From: Bugula neritina
Taxonomy: Eukaryota; Animalia; Bryozoa
DNA length: 64,000 nt
Direction: 5' to 3'
Assembly: GCA_964035545.1 (NCBI GenBank)
Contig: OZ037767.1
Coordinates: 30,458,628 to 30,522,627, forward strand
The translations under genes and the position numbers were made by a program. Under the pieces are notes generated by a model. That model saw only the letters and a list, made by a program, of their open reading frames with translations. It made no database searches and was not told the DNA's origin. Shown one piece after another: positions 27,862 to 40,539 of this stretch (within the stretch, counting starts at the first letter, position 1; each line of letters starts with the position of its first letter).

Positions 27862-28050
27862 GGTGAGACAACTGCTGCTAGCTTTGAGTGTTCAATGCTA
27901 ATCAGCAAACAGAATGAAGAACCAGCTCTCAGCCGCTGCCTTTTATACTGCTGCTAATCTGGTTTCTGTCTATGATGTTACATAATTCTGGGGAAAACAG
28001 CTTGGGTGTGGCGTGATTGCTGCTGCTTATGTAATAACATCGAGATAAGA
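27805..28050 (-). promoter_or_regulatory. Promoter/5'UTR of vitellogenin-like copy C
   Basis: Shared cassette with TATAAAA 27947-27941. Upstream sequence differs from copies A/B but contains GTTACATAA (27977-27985), TTATGTAA (28027-28034) and the GATA site AGATAAGA (28043-28050). Confidence 0.75.
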
Positions 28051-31000
28051 GGGCCTTCTGCAAACTTACACAGACCACTTGGACCCTGGAAACAGATGGC
28101 AAGTTTTAGCAGCAGACTTGTTTACTTCTTAGTTGTCCATGTCTAGATTTATACAAGATTTTGTATGACTGACATGGTTTATGCTGATGTCATTTTCCTA
28201 ATGTTTGTGATATGCTTTTCTCCACCATCTTTTGCAGCTTTGTAATATATAGATGTATTAATGCTATGGCATTGTCAGTCTGCCAATACCAATTGCTAGA
28301 GCTTTGTTCATCTGCAGATATAAATAGCTACCACATAGTTCATATACTAGCTCATATGATTCTATCAGTCTTTATTAGGTTAACTGTTGAGCAAACTCAG
28401 CTCAGCAAAAAAATATAAAAAAAAACAGTTTCAGGAAAGATTATTTTGAAAAGAGCTTATATAACATTATAAAATTTACATAAATTAAACAGCCATAAGT
28501 TTTGTTGTTATAATTAACTTTGAATGCAGTTATACTTATGCATTGTGTTTTTTAATTTTAATCAGACTGAAATAATTGCACAGGAATTAATGTTTACAAC
28601 AAAATCATATTGACAGTTTTTTTTCAAAGATCCTTGGAAGATGTGTAAAAAGGGGGGCGGGGTTTAATGTTTGTACATTTTCAGAGAAAAGCTACTGGAG
28701 GATTTCACAAAATAGCAGCACATGAAGTTTTGCCTGCGTAATAAAATTAGATTGAAGAGTAAATTTATAAAATTGTGTAATTTCTAATTTTATAGCTTGA
28801 ATAAGGTTGATTGAATAATTAATTATTTAAGTTAAGCAAATAATAGGAGAAAATCATGCATGTGATGTGAGCATTACAGTTGCTGCATACTTTTACAAGT
28901 TGTAAATCCATAATTTACAAATTCTTTGCTCAGATTTGATTAATTTATCAGAATAATGATGTAATGTAAACTAACCTGACCTCTTGTTCTACTCTCCTTA
29001 TAATTCCATCCATGTTTTAATATCTCAAAGTGTTGTAACTCGCAATAGCAGAACGCAAGGTCATGTGCATTTTGGCCCTCAGCTTTTTCAAGAAATACAA
29101 TTCTAGGAATAAGCAGTAAATTTGTCCATTCTAGCATCACTGACCTCTCCACTTCATATAGAATTTAGGGTATATAGAGTTTATTAACTAGTAAGGCTTG
29201 TGGCTTATGCTAAATATGTCCTCGCTTTTTATATAAGCACTTTTAGTGTTTGATCATGCAGTAATGATATTCTGTATAATCTAGCTAGGCTTCATGATAG
29301 GCTGTTTACATCAATATTTAGCAAAGAATTTAATATAATTAATAATATAACCTAGGAAATTTGTACATGTAATAAGTCTAATAACAATTACCAGTTTTAA
29401 AACAATGCCTTTAGCAGCAATTGTTGTATTGCAATGTACAACTCTTTAAAGGGGTGTAGGACCATTATCTATATCTAAGAGAGATGTAGCTAATGGGTGT
29501 TATGCACAGTTTATCTCTCAGGAGTCAGAGTACGTGGGTAAATAAATCTTCAAGAAAAAAGCACTACGTTGAATGACTGGTACTGTATTATTTTTAGACC
29601 AAGTTTAGATATGACCACCTAGCTGTTGCAAATTTAGTTTACAGCTCAGTTAAAAAGCTAATTGGATTTAAAGATTTCTAATAACAATATGCTATAAAAT
29701 TTTCGAAGAATTCTGTTTAAACATTTTTTGAATAAATAGTCCAATGACAGAAAAATTTACTGGAGGTATTATTTTGTGGACATTTTGATTAATATTTTAG
29801 CAAAAAAATTCTTTAATTATCAGAGTAAATAGAAACATCAGATCATATATCTTGTGACATACAATGTATACAGTTACCTAGAGACAGTAAGCTTTGCATC
29901 AGTTGTGGCACCCAGGACAGTCTCATCACAATACCCAGGCACCACGTCTAAAATTAGCATGTATACCAAAATCTCTACTCATTATGTAATAGATATGCGC
30001 CGTGACAGTAAATAAGTTCAAAGGTTGCTGCAGCTCAAGTCAGAATGATATCCTTATCTGCCGAATGTCTGCTGATGGGATTATCCAATCACAGTTCGTT
30101 ATAGTCACGTGATGATCAAGGTCCGCAACCCGTAGACATTAAGTTCTTCGTTACAGCTGCAGCACACGTGAATTCAGTTTTATAAACATATCAGTGTTCT
30201 GTAAACAGAACCATATTATTATGCTGTCTCAAGATGGAAAAATAATTACTTGGTATAAATAAATAAAAATGTTGTTGTATGCTAAGAAACCTCTGCCCTT
30301 GTGACATTGAGTCCTCTAGCAGGATTCCTATATTCAGTTGAGAGTTCTAAACCCCCCCCCCCCCACTCAGCCTGTCTTTATGAAGTTGTGTAAAGTCACA
30401 GTACTTTACATAAATAGTTATACCGACTGAACTGGAAAAGATATTATTTTGAGTTCATTGTTTATACCTACTGCATACGAAGGGATCCTCAACTAACTAT
30501 AATAATTTATCTAGTAATAATTGTGCTGCACGATAACTCAAATTACTGTCTATTATCAACATGCAGTCTATTTTTCCATATATATAAAACTGCAACATAA
30601 AGACATAAATAATGTGGTTAAATTTTATCTTTTAAAAAGCTTTTATATAAATAGAAACAAAAAATAACACAATACTCACAATTATTTTATCAATAAAGCA
30701 TAAGCTATGTATTCGTCTTCTAACAACAGGAAAACTATGGGAGAAGTGAGTACAGGTAACTTTCCTCCCTCACTTTTTTAGCCCCCCTGGCTCATGTCAT
30801 AACATTGATAGCTAACAGCCAACAAGTTAATCCCATAAAGCTTTCACAAAAACATCTTTCACCCAAATTTTTTTGCTGCAAGCTTTGAACTAAAAGCTCA
30901 TGTTACAATAATGTAACATGCATAGCAACTTGGCTTATGATTCCCAAACTATTATACATCTTTTAAGTTCTAAAATGTTAACACTGTGTCATATAATATA

Positions 31001-31732
31001 CTTACCTAAACATCTAGCACAAAAACGATTGGTTAGATGCAAAAATGTAAACTTTTGCTTATCTTGGTTTATAAATCTTTTGCTATTTGGATGGAAAGTC
31101 GACTTATTTCAAGGTGAAACAACTTCTAATGCTACTCAGTTTTGCTGGAATTAGCACTGTGTTTAAAACTGTAATTCTTTATCTGCCTCAACAGCTAAGA
31201 AACAGTACATAGATGGCTATAAAATAGGTCAAAGTTCAAATTATTTTATTGGAAAAGTTGGTACATTAAAATTGTTCTAAATAATAAATTCATGAAGATA
31301 TGACAATATCAGCGCATTCCAGGCAGCCAATCAGGAGTTTTCTAACCTCATTGCTTTTTACAGTTTGCATTAATTTCACAGCAAAGTAAGTGAAGTTTTT
31401 GACATTTTAACAGTATTATTGTGTGTAAAGTAACTGCTGCAGTAAAATTAAACATATTTTAAAGTTGCTTGTTTGATATTTCAATTGAGAAATGAATAAA
31501 AAATATTCTATAAATCTTATGAAATAATCTTTTACTATCAATCAAATTGTATTATGAAAAGGGAGCATAACAATTCAAAATATATTGCTAGAATAGGCCG
31601 GGGATAAAATACTTGAACAGGGTATATTCCGTATTATAAACTCACAAAAATATTTTCTTGCAACACTTGTGAGAAAATTTAACTTCAAATTAAAGTTTAA
31701 TTGACAAATAATAGAAGTTAATGATATTCCTT

Positions 31733-32073
31733 TCCTCCCCCCCCTCACCTGCACGGTCGCAGCATTTCCTCTCCCCCTCACCTGCACAGTGGCAGCATTT
31801 CCTCTCCCCCTCACCTGCACAGTGGCAGCATTTCCTCTCCCCCTCACCTGCACAGTGGCAGCATTTCCTCTCTCCCCCTCACCTGCATAGTGGCAGCATT
31901 TCCTCTCTCCCCCCCCATCTGCACAGTGGCAGCATTTCCTCTCTCCCCCTCACCTGCACAGTGGCAGCATTTCCTCTCCCCCTCACCTGCACAGTGGCAG
32001 CATTTCCTCCCCCCTTCACCTGCACAGTGGCAGCATTTCCTCTCCCCCTTCACCTGCACAGTCGCAGCATTTT
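31733..32073. repeat. Minisatellite, about 10 copies of a 33-35 bp unit CCTCTCCCCCTCACCTGCACAGTGGCAGCATTT
   Basis: Directly visible tandem repeat; it explains the repetitive ORFs at 31575-32099. Confidence 0.95.
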
Positions 32074-33600
32074 CTCTTGGAATAAGTTTCCATAGTTAGG
32101 TTTGTATCATGTCACAGTCTTTGAGAATATCAAGCAAATGTACACAGTAGCATTTGGGAGTTGTCTTTCTAGTGAAGCTTTTTACACTTTGATCCTAACT
32201 AAAGGTTAGGTCTTGTAGTTCAAGCTATTAAACCGTGCATATTTCATTCAAAAATTCTTATACAGGACCTGTTTGAAATTTTAAGTTTCATTTGCTGCCA
32301 AAAAGTAATCCTGGAGGGTATTGTTTTCAGAAACTCAGCAAAATGAATGTCTAAATACGAAAAATTTGGAGCTCTGGACTATATTTGAATGTGCGTTACA
32401 AACACAAGACAGTTTATAAAGTACTTGTGTATATTAGTAATATTTATTTGTAAAATGTACAATGATAAATGCTAAACTGTAAACTTTTGTGGTGTTATTA
32501 GTGTGGGTTACTTATTTTTGCATAGAAAGACATCAAAGTTAACGCAAAGGTCAGCTTTACGAAGGGCACCAAACTAGGTTAACTAGGCACGTGAATCGGG
32601 AGTTACCCACTCTACAGCCCAAGTGTGACTCTCTTTAATTTCCTTCTGTTTGAAGAAACAGGTAAGACATCTGAACGACAATTTCTTTTAAAACAGTGAT
32701 GAAATAATTAAAGCTGCAAGCAAGCCGGTCAATTCACCACCAGCTCAAGGCTTTGTACAAGAACTGGAATTCGATGGTTTGTATAAAAGCAACACAAGTG
32801 TATAATAAAAAGGAAAATGTATTGAAAAATAACAGAAGTTGAGTATATTGCAACTGTTTCATTAGTTGAACACTGTCACTAAACACTAAGGCCATGCTAT
32901 GCTGTGCTAGGATTTTGCTATTCTTAGCAGACACACCTTTGATTTGTGTTATTGATACCATCAGGTGAATGTCACAATTATTTGGGTTTGTGGCAGCGTT
33001 GCAATTGGCTGCCTTCTTATCACCAGTCAAGTGTGTCAAAGCAGCACTAGATGCAGATGGTTCATGTCAAAACATCCTCCGGCAGCTTTAAATCTCAAAA
33101 CAAAATCCGAGGATGTGATGCATGAAAGAACAGAATAAGTAAAGGATTATAGGCTGATGTTAAAGTATATATGTATCTATTTAGCATATAAGAAATCTCC
33201 ATTCAACTATAATAAAAGTGTAAAAGTACGCCTTGTTGATATGCATGTGTTGTTTTATATTTTATTGAGTTGAAAACTGCTGCAGAACATAGAGTGTTAG
33301 CCTATCATTTGATATAATACCATTTTAGTTGTCAATTTTAAGTAAATTCAGTTTTACGAAGTATCTTTGCTTCCACAATTTGTTACTATGACAATTTAAA
33401 AGGCAAATATGATGCTTAGCACTGGCTTAAACATTCATGAAGTAGACAGTATAAATTGCAGGTAAACAAAGTTAACCTGTATATTTTACAATATGTTGTT
33501 CAATGCCTGGGCTACAACAAGATTCACGTTCTCTTGATTACTTTGACTAATACCTTGTTTTTAGCGCACCGAATGATTTAGCCAATGAGAAAAGAGAGCC

Positions 33601-33740
33601 TATAAAAGGCAGCGGCGGAGAGCTGGTTCTTCATTCTGTTTGCTGATTAGCATTGAACACTCAAAGCTAGCAGCAGTTGTCTCACCATGAAGTTACTCGT
33701 ACTCACTGCCCTTGTGGCTACATGTAAGTGTACAACTATT
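33601..33740 (+). pseudogene. Inverted orphan copy of the vitellogenin TATA-5'UTR-exon 1 cassette (ATG 33687, donor 33724)
   Basis: Reverse complement of 1106-1245 / 13634-13773 / 27808-27947 with 1-3 mismatches. Encodes MKLLVLTALVAT followed by GTAAGT. No vitellogenin exon 2 or 3 is found downstream before the convergent TRMT10C gene. It could be a fragment or the start of a small functional gene. Confidence 0.8.
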
Positions 33741-35609
33741 ATGTATAAGTATGATAGTATGATATAGAGCACTTAGTGTAAAGGTATTGCATAAAGCTGC
33801 ATGTTACTGTTTGTGAAGAGATTTTTTTTATTTGGCTTTTTCAAACTCTTTATAGGCTAATAATGTGTTATTGAATAAAATTTTTGCTCGGTAAACAGCT
33901 GGCCACAAAACTTAGCCTACAATTTGCTGCATAATAGAAACTCAACTATTTAGTGTTTAGTAGAGTGCTTTGCTGCGTGGGAAAATAATATTATTCTGAA
34001 TGCCTTGCCTTTGTAATTCAGTAGCATTCAATTAAATTATAGGTGAGCTCTGAAAATCAACTGAAGAGAAAATCTCACTGGCAATACAGAGGAACTGATA
34101 TATTGTTAGAGTGAAGTACAGTACCCAGCCCCACCTCCCAAACAACAAGGAAAAGTCTGCTGTTTCAACAAGAAAATTGACTTTCTGGGGTAACAATGCA
34201 TATGACTATACAGATGTAAGCCAAATGCGTCGTTGCGCCTGAAAGTTGATTATAAATTGCCACCCCATTAGGAGCGAAGTTTCAATAAGTAATACTAATT
34301 AATATTGTTTAGCAGATTTGTCGATGATAACTCCTTCACATGCACTAGCTGTTTTCTTATGTTTGATTATAAATTTCAGTACTGCAATATCTATTTAAGG
34401 ATGACTCCTTTGCATTTCTATTGTCTTGAAAAGTGAATCAGACTTTCATCAAATACATTGCTCATAGATATTAACTTAGTGTTGTATGTAAGAGATGATG
34501 AGAACAGACTGATGGTAGGATTATTTTATCCCCAACAGACTGAATACATCAACCTGGCAATCAGTTGCCAATAATAGTTTTGTATCACAGCTCTTCAAGT
34601 AAACTGATTTTTCCAGAGTTTTTTGAGTTGCATGTAAATATAAACTATTTTATTATTTGCTAAAATATTGGTAACAATACTGAACTTGTAAGCCAAAAAT
34701 ATTTCTTGAATTATTTTGCATATTTTGTGGTGTTGTTTTGACAGCAACTATAAAATGGTTATTTCAAATTCCTACGATTTCAGTTCTGTAGATATTATTT
34801 TTCTGTAGGTTTAGCATCAGCACAATTTGTTATCGATAAAGTAGCAAATACAACAATAAACTGACAGTAGAAAAACAGTAAACAATATGATGTATTCTGA
34901 TTACTTGCAGTTTGAACGGCCATTACAGGTAGCTCTGTTTAAGTTTTATTTTTATTTTTGCATTTCATACAAAAATAAAAATACAATAAAACAACATTGT
35001 CTGAAGGCTGTATTGTTAAATATAAAATACAGACACCAAGAGTGACTGAATAAATAAATATCAATTTAAAAAGTGCATTAGCAGAGAGCAAAAGCCCGGA
35101 CTGCTTTCCACCAAAAGTACATGGTCAATACCTAACAGCAGCAACTATATACAAATCATTCAACCTGCGAGAGATGTGGGGCTTTACACTTGACTAAACA
35201 AGGGAATAAATTACAGCATACTCTCACACCTGCATGTATTCAAACTAAATAGCACATTGTACATACAAATACTGCCAGCATAAATTCTATCTAGTTTCGT
35301 ATTTCTAAAAATAACTAGTCAAAAGAGAATCAGTAGAGTTGAGACATACACTAAGAGGTAAATAAAAGGAAATTCACCAATTTTCAAAAAGGTCTAGCTC
35401 GTGAGTTGTCTTCCCAAAGATACCGGATTATTTATTAGCACAGAACTTCATTAGTTCTATGAGTTATCCTCTCAACATAGACAGTAGAGTTCAGTGAATC
35501 AGACTGATCTCATGAGCCAATCATAAACCTGCTGACCAGATCTCAGACTAGAACAGCTTCTCTCAGTCTATCCAAAGCCCACCAATCACAAAACACGTCG
35601 CTTCACCTG

Positions 35610-38600
35610 TCACCTGCTAACCTTTTTCTTCAGCGACTTGACAAGTTTCTGGTGGTGTGTAAAGGCCTTGGCGGAAACCTCTCTCAACTCGTTGATGTTC
35701 ATTCTTTTGCTCTGAGGAATTATCTTCTCCAGTGCGTCTGGCAAAGACATTGTACTGGCATAGTTCATTAGTAGGAACATGCGGTGATAGGGCACTGTCC
35801 CGCCACCCCGGTATCTGCAAAAGCAGACAAGATATGGAACTCGCGCTACACCATGACACAGCCTTAGCCAATGTGTGAGAGATACCAGTAAACTCTGAAG
35901 TTAACACATCTTATCAGCGCACCTGCAAGGCTACACTTAAAGATGTACATGAAACTAATGAACTGAGTCTAGTGGGAGCTGAGTCTAGAATCCTGACTAT
36001 ATGAACAACTTTAACATAAATGAAGCAGTATAGTTGAACAGATTGCGCGAGGTTAACAATGGTGACATAACTCTCAAGGTGGTTGTACTTACACGTGACA
36101 ACTCTCAAGGTGGTTGTACTTACATATGTTTAGGTGTCGGCAAACGGGCTGACCGAATCCCTTCGCGACGAGACTTGGCCGTCGTCTCACGGATAAACTC
36201 ACCACCCGTATCTGTCAACCCTGAAACCACACCAACACATTGCCATATGACATGAACAGAAGAATGATAACTCTCCCATTGTCTTACTTCAAGACTACCA
36301 AGTCATGGCAGAGCAGTGGTCAGTAGAGGGCTTTACTGATGAAAAACTTGCTTATTTAAAAATATGGGAAATCCTTAGCAGATAGGGAGGAGATATTTAG
36401 CAGATATTGAGCAGATAGGGAGGAGATATTGAGCAGATAGGGAGGAGATATTTAACAGATAAAGAACAAATCCCATATAGCGGTTGGCTGAGTAGACTTT
36501 TAGACTCCACAATTTGACTCATTTCTAATTTTGTAGAATAATAATGGAATCGCTGTGTCCCAACTTAGCCAGTAGTACTAATAACAAAAACAACTGGACA
36601 ACTTATTATAGATTACAAATAATAGTGTAAACTACATGGAAAATCAAGCATCTGTTAAAATTTGAAGTTAATATATTCATGAGCAGCACACGAACCGCCG
36701 ATAATGTAGACTGCCTCAGGATCTATCTCCTTCAGCCAGTTAGGAGATTCGGGGGAAAGATACACCAGCCTCTCTTTATCAAACACTTCTGTGTAGGACT
36801 TGGAGGTCATGTTGACAAAGTTGTGAGGGTTGATGTACTCAGGGCCCGTAGTGAGGGTGCGGCGGAGCGGGGAGTCTTCCGCTAGATTGCCTGACAACAT
36901 TACATTGAGAAATGGTACTGCGAGATTAGTGGAATGCACAGAGTATATGGAGTACACAGAGTATATAAAGTACACAGAGTATATAGTATACACAGAGTAT
37001 ATACAGGGGAATAACACTGCGACAATGGCAGCATGCAGTAGAAGTTGTTTTCCCATGACAAAGCTTGGAGAACACTTCATAGTAAACAGCTTTAAACTAC
37101 GGACCGTAGAGACTGCCACCAGCTTAGTACATGGGGACATGTGGCAATGCCACCATCAGTGAGATAGACGCCCTTTAGGTGCTATAATAAATGTTCATAC
37201 TGGAAACCCTATCTAGTTGAAATGTTTGAGCTAACGGTGTAGCATGCATGTAAATATTAATTTTTACACATGCGAAGGCATTAAATTTTGACACTTTCTG
37301 AAATGATTCTCCTTCCCATGTATTGCTGTGGTAAACTTGCAATAGCTCTTCGCTCATGACTAGTAAAGCGAGTACAGTTAGCAAAATGAAAAATGTAAGT
37401 AGGAAAACATGAGTATACTTCAGGTAAAAATAGGCGAGGAGAAGTTATGAAGGCAGGCTGGGAGAGACGTGTAGGTGGATTGGAAGAGTAGAGGTGGGTG
37501 AGGAAGAGATGAGCTAGGGGGAGAGAAACTTACATAGCCAGATTTTGACAGGAGATTCAGCCGCCCGGTTGTTCCGAAAGAGAAGATCAAACTGGTCCAT
37601 GTATCTCTGGTAGAGTTTCTCTCTTCCGCGCAGCAGATGCTCAAACCCACAGTCGAGGACCACATCCTGACCAAACTGATACGTGTGTCGCAGCTTGTTA
37701 GAGTACCACAGATTGTAGGCTGAATTACGAATCTAAAAGTGACAAATAAGCACATATTACACATCAGAGTCAGCACAATATAGTGATAATGAAACTAAAG
37801 GATGTAAAGATATTCTCTTACCCATAGGAAGAGGGTGTATGGAGTATATTCACCAGAGTCTTTATATTCACTGAGGATTTCAGCCCTTTCTATCTGCTTC
37901 CTAGCTCTCTTTGTTGCACCAGCCATCTCAATAACCTCTAGGTTGTTCAAATTATTCAATAAAATTGCTCTGTAATTATTTCAGGAGAAAATGGGTTAAA
38001 GAATCAAGAAAATTAAAATAGTTTTGAAAAGTCTACACACGAACCCACATGCACATAGTAGAGTAAATAATATTTGTGAATTTAGAGACAGCGAACATGT
38101 GAACATTGATGGCGTCTTGTAAGAGAGCTCCTAATTTAAAAACTCCCTGAGAAAACTAAATGGTGTTGAGAGGCTTTCTCAATTTATAAACATTTTTACC
38201 GAGTAAGTCGGCAGAGAACATATTTGAGATCACCTTTATGGAAAATGAACTGAAACACTTTGGGTCAACTAAGCTAACTGATTCATCTATCAGATTGATT
38301 ACAAACGCAGGCGATATTATAACTTATTCTACTCACACTACAATTACTGAATTGACAGTTTTTTAAGTTTAATAAAAGCACCCACACTTCTTTGCCTTAC
38401 AATATGTTTTGCTGACACAGATTTCACATACGATATGATTGGTACAAATCACACTTTCTAAGTAGACTAGTATACATTTAAAAGTAAGCTACAATAACTT
38501 AATCCGGAAACAAAAGTCACTCGTGGGACAGGAAACTGAGAAACTTGAAGTTTAATTTCCTAAGACCCACAGAATCTCTAAGTGACAATACTCACTTTTC

Positions 38601-38894
38601 ACTTATTTTTGTTGTATTGTTTAGCTTGTCGACTAAATGAGGTGGAAGCTTCCAAGGACAATGGTAAGGGTACATTGCTCTCATCTCATCAAAACATTTC
38701 TGACTTTCTTCATTAAGACCCTCTATATAATAAGGATCTGAGTCTATCTGATTTTCATCTCCATGACTTTCTACGAGCTGGTCAGGCTTATTTCCGATAG
38801 GTGAGGATGTGAAAGTACTTTTGAAAAACTGCTGAAAGGTCAGCTTAGGAAACAGCCGAAAACTTCTGCAGCTGCAGGAATATAGTGAAGTCAT
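35610..38894 (-). CDS. TRMT10C: tRNA methyltransferase 10 homolog C / mitochondrial RNase P protein 1 (6 exons, about 380 aa)
   Basis: Exons 38596-38894, 37822-37969, 37534-37732, 36696-36890, 36124-36220 and 35610-35814 total 1143 nt in frame. The N-terminus resembles a mitochondrial transit peptide (MTSLYSCSCRSFRLFPKLTF). Trm10 SPOUT motifs: YQFGQDVVLDCGF, PVKIWLCNL, LVYLSPES, VYIIGGLTD, SARLP. An acceptor at 38902 implies an upstream non-coding exon. Confidence 0.85.
36377..37005. repeat. Short intronic minisatellites in TRMT10C (~22 bp GCAGATAGGGAGGAGATATTGA at 36377-36461; ~18 bp ACAGAGTATATAAAGTAC at 36937-37005)
   Basis: Directly visible tandem copies. Confidence 0.8.
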
Positions 38895-40539
38895 GAGCCA
38901 ACCTGAAATGAGTATATCATGCACTTGATCACAATGAAAGTCCAACTAGCCATTCCGTACCATCACATTGCAACATAATTTAGCACAAGGCCATTCCTAA
39001 CTTCATATTAGCAATATAACATAGCGTGATAACTTTTATAATAGTTATCTTTGCAAACCAGAAATTATTTAAAAAGAAATAAACTGAACATAATTGTTTT
39101 TAAAAAAATTAAGATAAAAATGACTCAAATAAGCACTCAAACAAGGAGGCAATGCTAATATAATATTGGGTCATAAATTCATGTTTGCCATGAATACTGA
39201 ATATATGTTTTGTTGAACTGAAATACACCCAACAGATGTTGAGTTTCTTGCAGCTGCTTGCTCCCAAGCTTAGGGACAGATTTAGTATTTTATGAAAGCA
39301 TATTGGTAGTGAAGAGTGTAGCATTAGTGAAGAAATGAAAAATATCCAATCATTTTGTATTGTCTTTATTATATTGATCTTATATCCTGCCCATGTACAC
39401 CTAGAAGAAACGCTTTGGAGCACAGAGGTGAGCTGAAGTACATTGTGTGTTTGTCTAGTTAAGAGAAAGCAGATCACTTGTGAATAAAGAGGTAAAAGCA
39501 ATAAACTTTTAGTCATTTACTGTGCTAAAGCAGTAAAGCTTACATCTCCACACAGAATATGAAATATTGCAGAAAATATCTGCAATGACTAATTGCAGAA
39601 AAATAAATTTCAACCAATACACCAAGAAACACAATTTTTTGTCAATGATCAAATTCATTATATGAATTATATTAAATTCATCACAAATCACAAATTACAT
39701 TCATTATATGTTAGTACAGGATTTATACAATTTATAACAATTGCATTTTATTCTAAGCTTCTAGTCGACTTCTGGAAGATTTGACCAGGGTAAAATTTTT
39801 CTATTATAGTGCGTAAAGGACTGCAATGGCGCCTCACATCAATGCTACCTGAGCTGTATTAAAGAAGGTCATTCAGTGAGATCTCCATGCACATTTCTTT
39901 GCTCAAGAATTGCGGATAACTGCCGATCAAGATGCTAAAAGATCAGACAGCCTATAACATCTGTATTGACCAGACATTATATTGAAAAATGCATTCTAAC
40001 TGGGAACATATGGCATATCATTGTTTTGTAAAGCCTTCATATAATAAGTGACTTGAAAGTATTTGCAATAAAACCTTTCAAATATGCTGGGCAGAAGGAA
40101 TACCTACAATTTGTGGTAAATGAAAATGCTGTCATTGCAAATTATTTGCAAAAACTAATGGAAAACTAGTTTTTATATTTGATAGTTTTTGTATTGTCTC
40201 AGCAAATTCTTCAACATTTTAACAAAATACATGAAACTATATAAACTGAATAATTTACTCGCACATGTACCACATTTAGTCTGAAAAAGTAACAGCCTAT
40301 AACTTTTCATCTGTAGCAGAAGCAAAATACACTTGTTTGTAGTACAAGTTTAGCATGTCTAGCATTTTGAGTTATTCCTAGAACTAGTACTTTACCCATG
40401 GTATGACTCAGCTAGTGCGAAGCTAACCTCAAGAGTTACATGCTTAGTTTAATAGTGTTAGTGCTACAACTTTCTTCTGGCCCTTCATCTTGGGACTTGC
40501 AATAGTTTTAGTGCTTGACATAGTAATACAAACAGTCGT

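Noticed and set aside
31575-32099. Repetitive ORFs on both strands; superficial CRISPR-like periodicity
   Set aside because: These are translations of a minisatellite. There are no unique spacers, no cas genes, and the context is eukaryotic.
32734-33120. 101-aa minus ORF and a plus-strand VKAALDADG segment reminiscent of a Tc1/mariner C-terminus
   Set aside because: No DDE motifs, TIRs or extended similarity could be identified.
35922-35972. Apparent extra TRMT10C exon (LSSLVSCTSLSVALQ)
   Set aside because: Including it shifts the frame of the last exon; direct splicing 36124->35814 gives the Trm10-like reading.
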